A DNA stretch of 63,272 nucleotides, filler included, from Octopus bimaculoides (lineage: Eukaryota), in assembly GCF_001194135.2 (NCBI RefSeq). It is 9 parts of 7 records of this genome, joined end to end, with 100 filler letters (N's around TTAATTAATTAA, not from the genome) between each part and the next. Parts side by side here need not be neighbours in the genome. Positions count along the whole stretch, not along the records: positions 35,647 to 42,973 come from NW_026425192.1; positions 43,074 to 47,666 come from NW_026296561.1; positions 47,767 to 52,352 come from NC_068999.1; 6 more parts are not named here. One strand, given 5' to 3'. Made by a program: the position numbers and the translations under genes. Under the pieces are notes generated by a model. That model was not told the origin of the DNA and searched no databases. It saw only the letters and a list, made by a program, of their open reading frames with translations. Positions 35,647 to 49,330 of this stretch are shown here, piece after piece (within the stretch, counting starts at the first letter, position 1; every line of letters starts with the position of its first letter).

Positions 35647-38600
35647 AACAAATGTAGGTACATACGTACGAACGAACGAACAAGCGTACGTACGACAGAA
35701 CAAACGAACGTATGTACGAAAAAAACCCGAACGAACAAAGAAATGAACGTAAGTATGTACGAAAGAACGAACGAACAAACGTACGTACGTGCGAACGAAC
35801 AAACGAATGATCGTACGGAAGAACGAAACGAACGAACGAAAGAATGGACGAACGATCGAACAAACGAAAGAACGTACGTATGTACGAACAAACGAATGAA
35901 CAAACAAACGTACATACGTAGGAACGAACGCATGTGCGAACGAAAAAACAAACGAACGTACGTACGAACGATAGAAATTAAGGAAGGAACGAAAGAACGA
36001 TTGAACGTATGTACGTACAAACGTAAGAATGAACGTGCGTACGAATGAATGAACGTACGTACGAACGATCGAACTAAAGAACTACGTATGTACGTAAATA
36101 CGAACGTACGTATATAAGTACCTACGTACGAACAAACGTAAATACGTCCGTACGTACGTAAGAACGAACAAACAAATGAACGAACGAATGTAAGGCATTA
36201 CGTACGTAGGAACGAACGAACGCACTATGTACGTACATACGAATGAGAGAACATAAGTACGTACGTAAGAACGAAAGAATTAACGAACGATCGAACAAAC
36301 GAACGTATGTACGAAAAAAAAACGAACGAACAAAGAAATGAACGTAAGTATGTACGTACGAACGAAACAACGATCGAACGAACGTAGGTATGTATGTACG
36401 TACGAACGAACGTAGGTATGTATGTACGTACGAACGAACGAACAAAGTAACGAACGTACGCACGAATGAACGAACGTACGAAAGAATGAACTAACGATTG
36501 AACGAATGAATGTACGAAAGAACGAACGAACAAACGAATGATCGTACGGAAGAACGAAACGAACGAACGAAAGAATGGATGAACGATCGAGCAAACGAAA
36601 GAACGTACGTATGTACGAACAAACGAATGAATGAACAAACGTACGTAGGTAGGAACGAACGCATGTGCGAACGAAAAAACAAACGAACGTACGTGCATAC
36701 ATCCGTACGTAGGAACGATCGAACGAACGTACGCCCGTACGTACGAACAAAATTAAGGAACGAACGATCGAACGTATATACGTAAGAATGAACGTGCGTA
36801 CGAACGAACGCAGGAAAGAACGAAGTAACGAATGAACGTACGTACTTACGGACGTAATAACGAACGTACGTATGTACGAACGAACGAAGGTACGTACGTA
36901 AGTACGAACGAACGAAAGAACGAACGTAATTACGTACGTATATAAGTACCTACGTACGAACGAACGTAAATACGTCCGTACGTACGTAACAACGAATGAA
37001 CGAACGAACGAATGTACTCACGTAGGAACNNNNNNNNNNNNNNNNNNNNNNNNNNNNNNNNNNNNNNNNNNNNNNNNNNNNNNNNNNNNNNNNNNNNNNN
37101 NNNNNNNNNNNNNNNNNNNNNNNNNNNNNNNNNNNNNNNNNNNNNNNNNNNNNNNNNNNNNNNNNNNNNNNNNNNNNNNNNNNNNNNNNNNNNNNNNNNN
37201 NNNNNNNNNNNNNNNNNNNNNNNNNNNNNNNNNNNNNNNNNNNNNNNNNNNNNNNNNNNNNNNNNNNNNNNNNNNNNNNNNNNNNNNNNNNNNNNNNNNN
37301 NNNNNNNNNNNNNNNNNNNNNNNNNNNNNNNNNNNNNNNNNNNNNNNNNNNNNNNNNNNNNNNNNNNNNNNNNNNNNNNNNNNNNNNNNNNNNNNNNNNN
37401 NNNNNNNNNNNNNNNNNNNNNNNNNNNNNNNNNNNNNNNNNNNNNNNNNNNNNNNNNNNNNNNNNNNNNNNNNNNNNNNNACTTATGAACGTACGTACGT
37501 TCATTCGTTCTTATGTGCGTTCGGTCGTTAGTTTGTTCATTCGTTCGCACTTTTGTCCGTAGTTACGTACGCACGTACATTAATTCATTCGTACGTACGT
37601 ACCCACGTACATATTTGCTTACGTACGTACGTACGTGCGTTTGATCGTCCTTTCCTTTGTTCATTCGTTCTTTCGTTCGTTCATTCATTCTTTCGTTTGT
37701 TCATTTGTTTGTTTCGTTCGTTCCTTCGTTAGTTTCGTACGTACGTTCGTTTGTTCTTTCGATCGTTCGTTAGTTTGTACGTACGTACCTACCTACTTAC
37801 GTACGTTCGTTTGTTCCTCCGTAGTTCGTTCGTTCATTCATTCATACGTATATACATATGTAAATACGTACGTTCGTTCGTTCATTTCGTTGGTAAGATC
37901 GTTCGTACGAACGAACAAACGAACGTACGTATATTCGTACTTACATATGTATGTGTGAATAAACGAACGAATGAGCGTGCGTATGTTCGTACGTAGATAT
38001 GTATGAATGAACGAACGTACGTACGTACAAATGTATGAACGAACGTACGTACAAATGTAGGAACGAACGAATGTACGTACCATCGAAGGTACGTACGTAC
38101 GAACGAACGATCGTACGTATGAACAAATGATCGAAGGACTGAAAGAACGTGCGTACGTAAGTAACTTGGTACGTACGAACGAATAAACGAAAGAAGGAAC
38201 GTAATGACGAACGAATGAAACGAACGTACGTACGTACGTACGAAAGAACTAACGAACGAACGTCCGTACGTATGTAAGAACGAACGAACGATCGATCGAA
38301 CATAATGAAAGATGAAAGAATGAAAGATTGAACGAACGAACGTACGTAGGTACGAAAGAACGAACGAAAAAACGTACGTATGTACGTGCGAAGGAACAAA
38401 CGAACGAACGAATGATCGGTCGGAAGAACGAAACAAACGAACGAACGAAAGAATGGACGAACGATCGAGCAAACGAAAGAACGTACGTATGTATGAACAA
38501 ACAAACGTACGTAGGTAGGAACGAACGCATGTGCGAACGAAAGAAAGATCGAACGAAAAAACAAACGAACGTACGTACATACATCCGTACGTAGGAACGA

Positions 38601-41600
38601 TCGAACGAACGTACGAAAGAACTAACGTACGAACGAACAAAATTAAGGAACGAACGATTGAACGTATATACGTACATACGTAAGAATGAACGTACGAACG
38701 AGCGGTCGTACGTACGAATGAATGAACGTACGTACGAACGATCGAACAACGAAGTAACGAATGAACGTACGGACGTAAGAACGAACGAACGAAAGAAAGA
38801 ACGAACGTAATTACGTACGTATATAAGTACCTACGTACGAACGAACGTAAATACATCCGTAACAACGAATGTACGAACGAACGAATGTACGCACGTAGGA
38901 ACGAACGTACGAACGAACAAAGAAATGAACGTAAGATCGCAAGTACGAACGAACGTAGGTATGTATGTATGTACGTACGAACGACCGACCGAAAGTACGT
39001 AAGTAGGTACATATGTACGTACGAAGGAACGAACGTACGCGCGTACGTTCGGTCATTCTAACGCATGTACGTTCGTTCGTATTTAGTAACGTACGTACGT
39101 TGGATCGTTCGTACGTACTTACTTATGAACGTACGTACGTTCATTCGTTCTTACGTGCGTTCGGTCGTTAGTTTGTTCATTCGTTCGCTCTTTTGTCCGT
39201 AGGTACGTACGCACGTACATTAATTCATTCGTACGTACGTACCCACGTACATATGTGCTTACGTACGTACGTGCGTTTGATCGTCCTTTCGTTTGTTCAT
39301 TTCGTTCGTTCCTTCGTTAGTTTCGTACGTACGTTCCTTTGTTCTTTCGTTCGATCGTACGTACGTCGTTCGTTTGTTCCTTCCTACGTACGTTCGTTCG
39401 TTCATTTCGTTGGTAAGCTCGTTCGTACGAACGAACAAACGAACGTACGTATATTCGTACTTACTTATGTATGTATGAATGAACGAACGAACGAGCGTGC
39501 GTATGTTCGTACGTAGATATGTATGAATGAACGAACGTACGTACAAATGTACGAACGAAAGAATGTACGTACGTACGTACGTACCATCGAAGGTACGTAT
39601 GTACGAACGAACGATCGTACGTATGAACAAATGGTCGAAGGACTGAAAGAACGTGCGTACGTACGAACGAATATACGAAAGAAGGAACGTAATTACGAAC
39701 GAACGTACGTACGAAATAACTAACGAACGAACGTCCGTACGTATGTAAGAACGAACGAACGATCGAGCGAACAAACGAACGAACAAAGAAACGAAAGAAC
39801 GAACGAACAAAGAAACGAAAGAACGAACGAATGAATGATTGAACGAACGAAAGAACGTAAGAACGAACGAACGTAATTACGTACAAACGAACGTACATAG
39901 GTACTATATAAGTACCTACGTGCGAAAGAACGTAAATACGTCCGTACGTACGTAACAAAGAAGGAACGAACAAACAAATGAACGAACTAACGAACGAACG
40001 TACGAAACATGAAAGAACGTAAGTACGTACGTAAGAACGAACGAACGAATTAACGAACAAATGTAGGCACATACGTACGAACGAACAAGCGTACGTACGA
40101 CGGAACGAACGTACGTAGGAACGAACGAACGAAAGAACGAACGAGCGAAAGATTGAAAGAACGAACGTACGAAAAAAAAAACGAACGAGCAAAGAAATGA
40201 ACGTACGTATGTACGTACGAACAAACGAACGGAAGAACGTATGTATGTACGTACGTAAGTAGGTACATATGTACGTACGTACGAACGTACGTAAGTAGGT
40301 ACATATGTACGTACGTACGTACGAACGAACGAACGAACAAAGTAACGAACGCACGGACGTTCGGTCATTCTAACGCACGTATGTTCGTTCATTCTTTCTT
40401 TCGTTCGTATTTAGTAACGTACGTACGTTCGTTCGTTGGATCGTTCGTACGTACTTACTTATGAACGTACGTAGNNNNNNNNNNNNNNNNNNNNNNNNNN
40501 NNNNNNNNNNNNNNNNNNNNNNNNNNNNNNNNNNNNNNNNNNNNNNNNNNNNNNNNNNNNNNNNNNNNNNNNNNNNNNNNNNNNNNNNNNNNNNNNNNNN
40601 NNNNNNNNNNNNNNNNNNNNNNNNNNNNNNNNNNNNNNNNNNNNNNNNNNNNNNNNNNNNNNNNNNNNNNNNNNNNNNNNNNNNNNNNNNNNNNNNNNNN
40701 NNNNNNNNNNNNNNNNNNNNNNNNNNNNNNNNNNNNNNTATGTGCCTACATTTGTTCGTTAATTCGTTCGTTCGTTCTTACGTACGTACTTACGTTCTTT
40801 CATGTTTCGTACGTTCGTTCGTTAGTTCGAACGAAACAAACGAGCGAAAGAACGAACTAAGTAACGAAAGAATGGACGAACGAACGTACGTACGAATGAA
40901 CAAACAAACGTACGTAGGTAGGAATGAACGCATGTGCAAACGAAGGAAAGATCGAACGAAAAAACAAACAAACAAACGTACGTACATACATACGTACGTA
41001 GGAACGAGCGAACGAACGTACGTACGAACGAGCGTACGTACGAATGAACGTACGTACGATCGAACGAAGGAAAGAACGAAGTAACGAATAAACGTACGTA
41101 CTTACGTAAGAATGAACGAACGAGCGAACGAAGGTACGTACGAACGATCGAACTAAAGAACGAAGTAACGTACGTACTTACGTACGAAAGAACGTACGTA
41201 TGTACGTAAATACGAACGAACGTAAGTACGAACGAGCGTACGTAAGTACGAACGAACGTACGTATATAAGTACCTACGTACGAACAAACGTAAATACGTC
41301 CGTACGTACGTAAGAACGAACAAACAAATGAACGAACGAATGTAATGCATGTACGTACGTAGGAACGAACGAACGCACTATGTACGTACATACGAATGAG
41401 AGAACGTAAGTACGTACGTAAGAACGAAAGAATTAACGAACGATCGAACAAACGAATTAACGAACAAATGTAGGTACATACGTACGTACGACGGAACAAA
41501 CGAACGTATGTACGAAAAAAAAGGAACGAACAAAGAAATGAACGTAAGTATGTACGTACGAACGAAAGAACGATCGAACGAACGTAGGTATGTATGTACG

Positions 41601-42973
41601 TACGAACGAACGAACAAAGTAACGAACGTACGAAAGAATGAACTAACGATTGAACGAAAGAATGTACGAAAGAACGAACGAACAAACGAATGATCGTACG
41701 GAAAAACGAAACGAACGAACGAAAGAATGGATGAACGATCGAGCAAACGAAAGAACGTATGTATGTACGAACAAATGAATGAACAAACAAACGTACGTAG
41801 GTAGGAACGAACGCATGTGCGAACGAAAGAAAGATCGAACGAAAAAACAAACGAACGTACGTGCATACATCCGTACGTAGGAACGATCGAACGAACGTAC
41901 GAAAGAACTAACGTTCGTACGAACGAACAAAATTAAGGAACGAACGATTGAACGTATATACGTAAGAATGAACGTACGAACGAATGAATGAACGTGCGTA
42001 CGAACGAACGCAGGAAAGAACGAAGTAACGAATGAACGTACGTACTTACGGACGTAATAACGAACGTACGTATGTACGAACGAACGAAGGTACGTACATA
42101 AGTACGAACGAAAGAAAGAACGAACGTAATTACGTACGTATATAAGTNNNNNNNNNNNNNNNNNNNNNNNNNNNNNNNNNNNNNNNNNNNNNNNNNNNNN
42201 NNNNNNNNNNNNNNNNNNNNNNNNNNNNNNNNNNNNNNNNNNNNNNNNNNNNNNNNNNNNNNNNNNNNNNNNNNNNNNNNNNNNNNNNNNNNNNNNNNNN
42301 NNNNNNNNNNNNNNNNNNNNNNNNNNNNNNNNNNNNNNNNNNNNNNNNNNNNNNNNNNNNNNNNNNNNNNNNNNNNNNNNNNNNNNNNNNNNNNNNNNNN
42401 NNNNNNNNNNNNNNNNNNNNNNNNNNNNNNNNNNNNNNNNNNNNNNNNNNNNNNNNNNNNNNNNNNNNNNNNNNNNNNNNNNNNNNNNNNNNNNNNNNNN
42501 NGTACATTAATTCATTTGTACGTACCCACGTACATATTTGCTTACGTACGTACGTACGTGCGTTTGATCGTCCTTTCCTTTGTTCATTCGTTCTTTCATT
42601 CATTCTTTCGTTTGTTCATTTGTTTGTTTCGTTCGTTCCTTCGTTAGTTTCGTACGTACGTTCGTTTGTTCTTTCGATCGTTCGTTAGTTTGTGCGTACG
42701 TACCTACCTACTTACGTACGTTCGTTTGTTCCTTCGTACGTACGTTCGTTCGTTCATTCATTCATACGTATATACATCTGTAAATACGTACGTGCGTACG
42801 TAAGTAAGTTGGTACGTACGAACGAATAAACGAAAGAATGAACGAACGAACGTACGTAGGTACGAAAGAACGAACGAACAAACGTACGTATGTACGTGCG
42901 AAGAAACAAACGAACGAACGAATGATCGTACGGAAGAACGAAACAAACGAACGACCGAAAGAATGGACGAACG
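35647..42973. repeat. complex CpG-rich tetranucleotide satellite (ACGA/ACGT mosaic) with higher-order and inverted blocks
   Basis: The whole scaffold is built from 4-mers such as ACGA, ACGT, ATGA, AAGA, ACAA and AGGA. Rare marker words recur (GCATGTGC at about 35930, 36661, 38527, 40930, 41813). Strand polarity flips several times. Confidence 0.9.
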
Positions 42974-43073
42974 NNNNNNNNNNNNNNNNNNNNNNNNNNN
43001 NNNNNNNNNNNNNNNNNTTAATTAATTAANNNNNNNNNNNNNNNNNNNNNNNNNNNNNNNNNNNNNNNNNNNN
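42974..43073. other. artificial scaffold-joining spacer
   Basis: 44 N + TTAATTAATTAA + 44 N. Confidence 0.95.
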
Positions 43074-43122
43074 TGCTTTACTCATCATCCACTTATATAT
43101 TTTGTATAATTTCTCCATTATA

Positions 43123-45000
43123 TCTACTACACATGTGGAAAATCGGTGTGTGTTTGTTTGTGGCATTGTTAGCTAACTCCTCCTACATCATTTTATTGAT
43201 TTTCATGAAACTTGACACATGAGTAGAAATCATATCTGGAAACCTCATGACATACTTAGATTGTTGAAAAAATCAATAATACAGCCACTGGAAAGGATCT
43301 TTATATCTAACTAATATTTTTTAAATGCCCAAGGGAAATAACCCATACCACCTGCATAATATTTTTTTTAAACACTCAAAGGAAATAACCCATAGCACCT
43401 GCACGTCTATTCTAATTCTGGCAATGCATGCAGGGTTTTCAATTGAATTTCATTATACATTGAATGCCCATAAGTCTGACAATTCTACATTTTCCAGTTA
43501 AAATTTTGCGATGACAGTAGAGAAATTTTTTATTCCACAACATATTTAGTAAGTGTGTCCCAATACAATGAACTCATACTTTGAATGATTCATTATGCTT
43601 CATATTTACTAAATCAAACAATTATTCTTCGTCTATTCTAATTCAATATCTAAACAGTTATATACATACTGCTGTAATTAATTTACACATTGCATTAATG
43701 GACATTTTTTCAAGATCTCCAAATAACTAAATACTGCCAATGCATGCAGGGTTTTCAATTAAATCAGATTACACTTTGAATGTCCATAACTCCAATAAAT
43801 TCTGCATTTTTCCAGTTCAAATCTTTTGATGATAGTAGATAAATTTTTCATTCCACAACGTATTTCATAAATTTGTCCCAGTACAATGAACTCATACTTT
43901 GAATGCTTAAAATTCTTAAAAAGTGAATTCCAACTAACACCACATTGACTTGCAACACCCTATATCAGTTATACTTATTTTAGAGATCATAATATTTATT
44001 GCTTATTTACAGTTCATACAACATTTTGATGAACGTCTATTTCAATTCACTATCTAAATTGTTATATACATATTGCTATAATTAATTTACACATTGCATT
44101 AATACACATTTTTTCAACATCTCCAAATAACTAAATGCTGGCAATGCATGCAGAGTTTTCAATTAAATTTCATTACACTTAGAATACCCATAACTCCAAT
44201 AATTCTGCATTTTTCTAGTTACATTTTTTCGATCATAGTAGATAAAATTTTGATTCCAGAACTTATTTAATAAGTGTCTTCCAATATAGTGAACATGTAC
44301 TTTGAATGTTTAAAATTATTAAAAAAATGAAAACAAACTTCCACACCACATACAGTTATTTACTTTGAATTGTTATAATCTCGTGTGATTAGCCTGTTAT
44401 TACATGACATGCTTCACGATTTTAGTATACATACCTTATCAGCATTTCCTCCCAAGTTCTATATACTCTGGGAATGATATATTTTTGCAATTTATCCAGT
44501 ACAACGCTTAAACAAGTAAATAGTATTTTCCTAAACAATAGATCCACTTTCGGTTAGTGACTTATTCATGAATATACCAACACTCACGTCCCTGAAGGTA
44601 ATATTCTCTGGGAATGTACAAAAGCCCTTTTCAGAGTTTACTTTCAATTGTTATTATCTCATATGTGATTAGCTTGTTATTACATAGCATACTTCACAAT
44701 TTTAGTATACATACCTTATTAGTGTTTCCTCCTAAGTTCTATATAATTTGGGAATGCATAAAAGCCCTTTTCAAGGCTACTTTATTTGAATTCTTACTAT
44801 CGGGTGACTAATATCGTGTTGTTACATAACCAATTTCATAATTTGGGTATACATAACTTATTGCGAATTCTTAAAAACAAGATCCTGTGTAAGACAGTTC
44901 AGTATTCTCTGTAAATGCACAAAAACTATTTTAAGGGCTACATACTTTGTATTGTTATTGGGCTAGCGAAACAATTATAAGAATGGAACCAAGAGATTAG
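43123..45000 (+). repeat. AT-rich element with two internal tandem arrays, possibly a non-autonomous Helitron
   Basis: Begins A|TCTACTAC..GTGTTTGTTTG..AACTCCTCC..TTTCATGAAACTTGACAC, a Helitron-like 5' end. CAATGCATGCAG units at about 43420, 43737 and 44140. Second duplicated unit at about 44360 and 44635. Confidence 0.45.
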
Positions 45001-45034
45001 CCATACTTTCTCAGGAATTACCTGGTGCGTCAGC

Positions 45035-45066
<32 letters not shown>

Positions 45067-45266
45067 CTATATATGTCTATATACATATATATATATCTGT
45101 ATATAAATCTATATATATGTCTATATATATATATGTCTGTATATATGTGTGTATATATATATGTATATATCTATGTCTATATATATATATATATATATGT
45201 CTCTATATGTATATACATATATGTCTATATACGTATATACATATGTCTATATATACATATATGTCC

Positions 45267-47601
45267 TAATTGACAGTACCTTGGTAGATAAAGCGATCAA
45301 GAGTATGAAGACAGGGAAAGCTCCTGGCCCATCAGGAATCACTGCAGACATGCTCAAAATATCTGGCAGTTTCGGCTATAGCCTAGTCACCCATATAGTT
45401 AATGAGGTGATACACGAAGGAGTCATACCCAATGACTGGTGTAGCAGCACGATAGTCAACTGCTACAAAGGTAAATGTGACACTTTAGACACAAACAATT
45501 ACAGAGCTTTCAAGTTGTTGGACCAGGTAATGAAGGTCACTGAGAGGGTCATAGCCCAACTAATTAGGGAGAGAGTCAGCTTAGATGAGATGTAGTTCAG
45601 GTTCGTTCCAGGGAAAGGCACCACTGATGCTATATTTTTGGTAAGACAGCTGCAGGAGAAATACCTAGCCAAAGATAAACCTCTGTACCTGGCTTCCGTT
45701 GACATGGAGAAAGCCTTTGACAGGGTCCATCGATCCCTTATCTCGTGGTCAATGAGGAAACTAGGGATAGAAGAATGGTTAGTGGGAGCTGTGCAAGCCA
45801 TCTACAGGGACGCTGTCAGTAAGGTGAGGGTTGGCAACGAGTACAGTGAAGAATTCCGGGTAGAGGTAGGGGTCGACCAAGGTTCAGTCCTCAGCCCCCT
45901 CTTATTTATCATAGTCCTCCAGGTGATAACAGAGGAATTCAAGACGGGATGCCCCTGGGAGCTCCTCTATGCTGATGACCTTGCACTAATTGCTGAGTCA
46001 CTATCAGAACTGGAGGAGAAGTTTCAGGTGTGGAAGCAAAGACTAGAATCGAAGGGCCTTAGAGTCAACCTAGCTAAAACCAAAGTCCTAATAAGCAGGA
46101 AGGTAGACAACACACAAACCCCTTCAGATAGATGGCCCTACTCTATCTGTTGAAAAGGCGTAGGTAGAAACTCCATAACTTGAACCCAGTGTAAGCTATA
46201 GACACATAAGAGGTGCAGCAATATCAAAGGAAGGCGAAGTAGGAAGATAGTTTTTGTATGTGGCAGATGCTCAGGAGCAATAAACACTGAAAATGTGCAG
46301 AGAAAAACTAGACGTAGTTGATAGCTTCCACTATCTAGGTGACCAAGTTAATAGTGGAGGAGGGTGCGCTGAAAGTGTAGCTGCTAGAATAAGAATAGCC
46401 TGGGCAAAGTTCAGAGAGCTCTTACCTCTGCTGGTGACAAAGGGCCTCTTGCTTAGAGTAAAAGGCAGGCTGTATGACGCCTGTGTACGAACAGCCATGC
46501 TGCATGGCAGTAAAACATGGGCCGTGACTGCTGAGGACATGCATAAGCTCGCAAGAAACGAAGCCAGTATGCTCCGATGGATGTGTAATGTCAGTGTGCA
46601 TACTCGACAGAGTGTAAGTACCTTGACAGAAAAGTTAGACCTAAGAAGCGTCAATTGTAGTGTGCAAGAGAGACGATTGCGCTGGTATGGTCATGTGGCA
46701 AGAATGAATGAGGATAGCTATGTGAAAATGTGCCACACCCTAGTGGTTGAGGGACCCTGTGGAAGAGTTAGACCCAGTAAGACTGGGGATGAGGTGGTGA
46801 AGCATGACCTTCAAACTTTAGGCCTGACCGAGGCAATGACTAGTGACTAGGACCTTTGGAAATATGCAGTATGTGAGAAGACTCGACAAGCCAAGTGAGA
46901 GCATAATCTGTGGCCTCTTCCAGAAGTGTAGGCAGCTCACTTATTTCTATCTTTACTTCATTGGAGACTAAACTCTGCATGCAAAGACCTGTTGAGGCAA
47001 GTGAATTTTGAAATCGCAATCGAACCAAATTCGATGACTGGCACCCATGCCAACCTCTCCTTCATTGGACACTAAACTCTGCTTGCGAAGACCTGCTGGG
47101 GCAAGTGAAATTGAAATCGAAATCATAATTGAATCATATTCGATGACTGGCACCTGTGCCACTAGAGCACTAACAGCACCATCTGAGCGTGATCATTGCC
47201 TGAGTAGCTGTCTGGCTTCCGTGCTAGTGGCACGTAAGTAGCACCACTTCAGCGTGATCGTTATTGACACTTGTGCCAGTGGCACGTTAGGAAATCATTC
47301 GAGCGAGGTCGTTGCCAGTGCCACTAGACTGGCTACTGTGGGGGTGGCACGTTAAAAACACCATTTTCAGCATGGTCGTTGCCAGTACCGCATGACTGGC
47401 CCTCGCGCTGGTGGCACGTAAAAGCACCCACTACACTTTCGGAGTGGTTGGCATTAGGAAGAGCATCCAGCTGTAGAAACTCTGCCAGATCAGATTGGAG
47501 CCTGGTGCAGCCATCCGGTTCACCAGTCCTCAGTCAAACTGTCCAACCCATGCTTGCATGGAAAGTGTACGTTAAACGATGACGATGATGATGATGATGA
47601 T
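45267..47601 (+). mobile_element. RTE-clade LINE, 5'-truncated, heavily decayed, with complete 3' UTR and (GAT)n tail
   Basis: Same family as 512-2875. Multiple stops and frameshifts, including in the PHD finger. Ends GTTAAACGATGACGATGATGATG. Sits within (TA)-rich microsatellite. Confidence 0.93.
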
Positions 47602-47666
47602 ATATATATATATATGTGTGTGTCTATATGTCTATATATGTCTATATATATGTATACATATATATA

Positions 47667-47766
47667 NNNNNNNNNNNNNNNNNNNNNNNNNNNNNNNNNN
47701 NNNNNNNNNNTTAATTAATTAANNNNNNNNNNNNNNNNNNNNNNNNNNNNNNNNNNNNNNNNNNNN
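47667..47766. other. artificial scaffold-joining spacer
   Basis: 44 N + TTAATTAATTAA + 44 N. Confidence 0.95.
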
Positions 47767-47779
47767 TATATATATATAG

Positions 47780-47813
<34 letters not shown>

Positions 47814-47844
47814 GTATGTGTGTGAGTGTATATGTTTGGGTGTC

Positions 47845-48045
47845 TATGTGTGTTCCCCAGCATCACTTGATAACCGATGGTGGTGTATTTACGTCCCCAT
47901 AACTTAGTTACGACAAACGAGACCGATAGTATAAGTACTACACTTCCAAAGAATAAGTCCTGGGGTCGATGTGCTCGACTAAAAGGCGGTGCTCCAGCAT
48001 TGCCGCAGTCAAATGACTGAAACAAGTAAAACAGTAAAGAGTATT
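47845..48045 (+). mobile_element. SINE family B, 3' half
   Basis: GAATAAGTCCTGGGGTCGAT..GGCGGTGCTCCAGCAT..GACTGAAACAAGTAAAA. Confidence 0.8.
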
Positions 48046-49139
48046 CGACCGGCTTCAACTTCTTTTATCATTACGTGTCAATAAAGCAAGTATCATTTTG
48101 AGCACTATACAACTGAATCACACCATTGCCCAAAATATGCTGGCCTTGTAACAGAAGTTGAAGTCATTGTGCTTTGTTAACCTTGGCATTTTCATATTGA
48201 TATTCAAAAATATCAAGCTGTTGAGTTAAGATAAGACGAAATCTGCAAGTTCTTACTGCTTTGATTTACGTTTTTACTTACTTGATTCATAAATATATAA
48301 TTAATCCTTTGGGGATGTGAGTGATTTCTAGATGTTACAATATTATAATTATCCAAAATATTTATATCAAACAAGCATGAATTAGTAATAACTCACTAAA
48401 TTATTAACACAAATATTGAAGAAAAATTATTAGCAAACAGTATAAATTATTTTTACTTAGTTTTAATGTTGTTAAACATTATGGCGTAATTTCCTGATTT
48501 AGCAAATTAGCAATTCAGAAGAATATAACAAAAAAATTGAAAACATTCATAACGAAACAATTCTTCATAAGAAATTGCGTTACAAATATGCGCGTCAACC
48601 ACTTATATGTCACCATCGGAAAATAGTAGTTAAAATAGTCAGAATATAAGTCTAGGAGATATATGTATATNNNNNNNNNNNNNNNNNNNNNNNNNNNNNN
48701 NNNNNNNNNNNNNNNNNNNNNNNNNNNNNNNNNNNNTATATATATATACATACGTACACTTACATGTATGTATGCATATATGTATTTATCTTCATATCCG
48801 AATAACATTAAACTAAACAAAGTTTTGTTTTATTTTTAATGTTTGGTCACTCATTAACAATGTATATCATAATGAATTGCGCGTATATTTAATTTGGCTG
48901 GTTAAAGTGCTGTTGAAATTATTTTGAATATATTGTTACCTCAAATTTGGTTCACAATAAAACTTTCTCATTTGATAATTCAGAGTTCATTTATAGATTT
49001 TAGAATATCCACAATACCACCAACAAATTTTGACTTATTTTGCATAGACTACATATATGGGAAAGTGACAATGAAGGAACTAAATAAAGGTATCAAAGAA
49101 AATTGACTTGAACTGTTTGTCATCCATATTACTACAAAA

Positions 49140-49330
49140 CGGCAGAAAGCTTGCACATCGGAGAAAATGCTTAGTGGCATTGCGTTTGCCTTTACGTACA
49201 TAGAACATCTGCCGAGTTACGCTTTGCCTTACGCAGGAAGCAACAGAATAAACTTCAACTGGGCATTGGGGTCGATGTAATCGACTTAATTCCTCATCCG
49301 AAATTGTTGACTCTGTCCCAAAAACAGAGA
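49140..49330 (+). mobile_element. degenerate family A-like SINE
   Basis: GGCAGAAAG..GAAATGCTTAGTGGCATT..GGGCATTGGGGTCGATGTAATCGACTTAAT. Confidence 0.55.
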
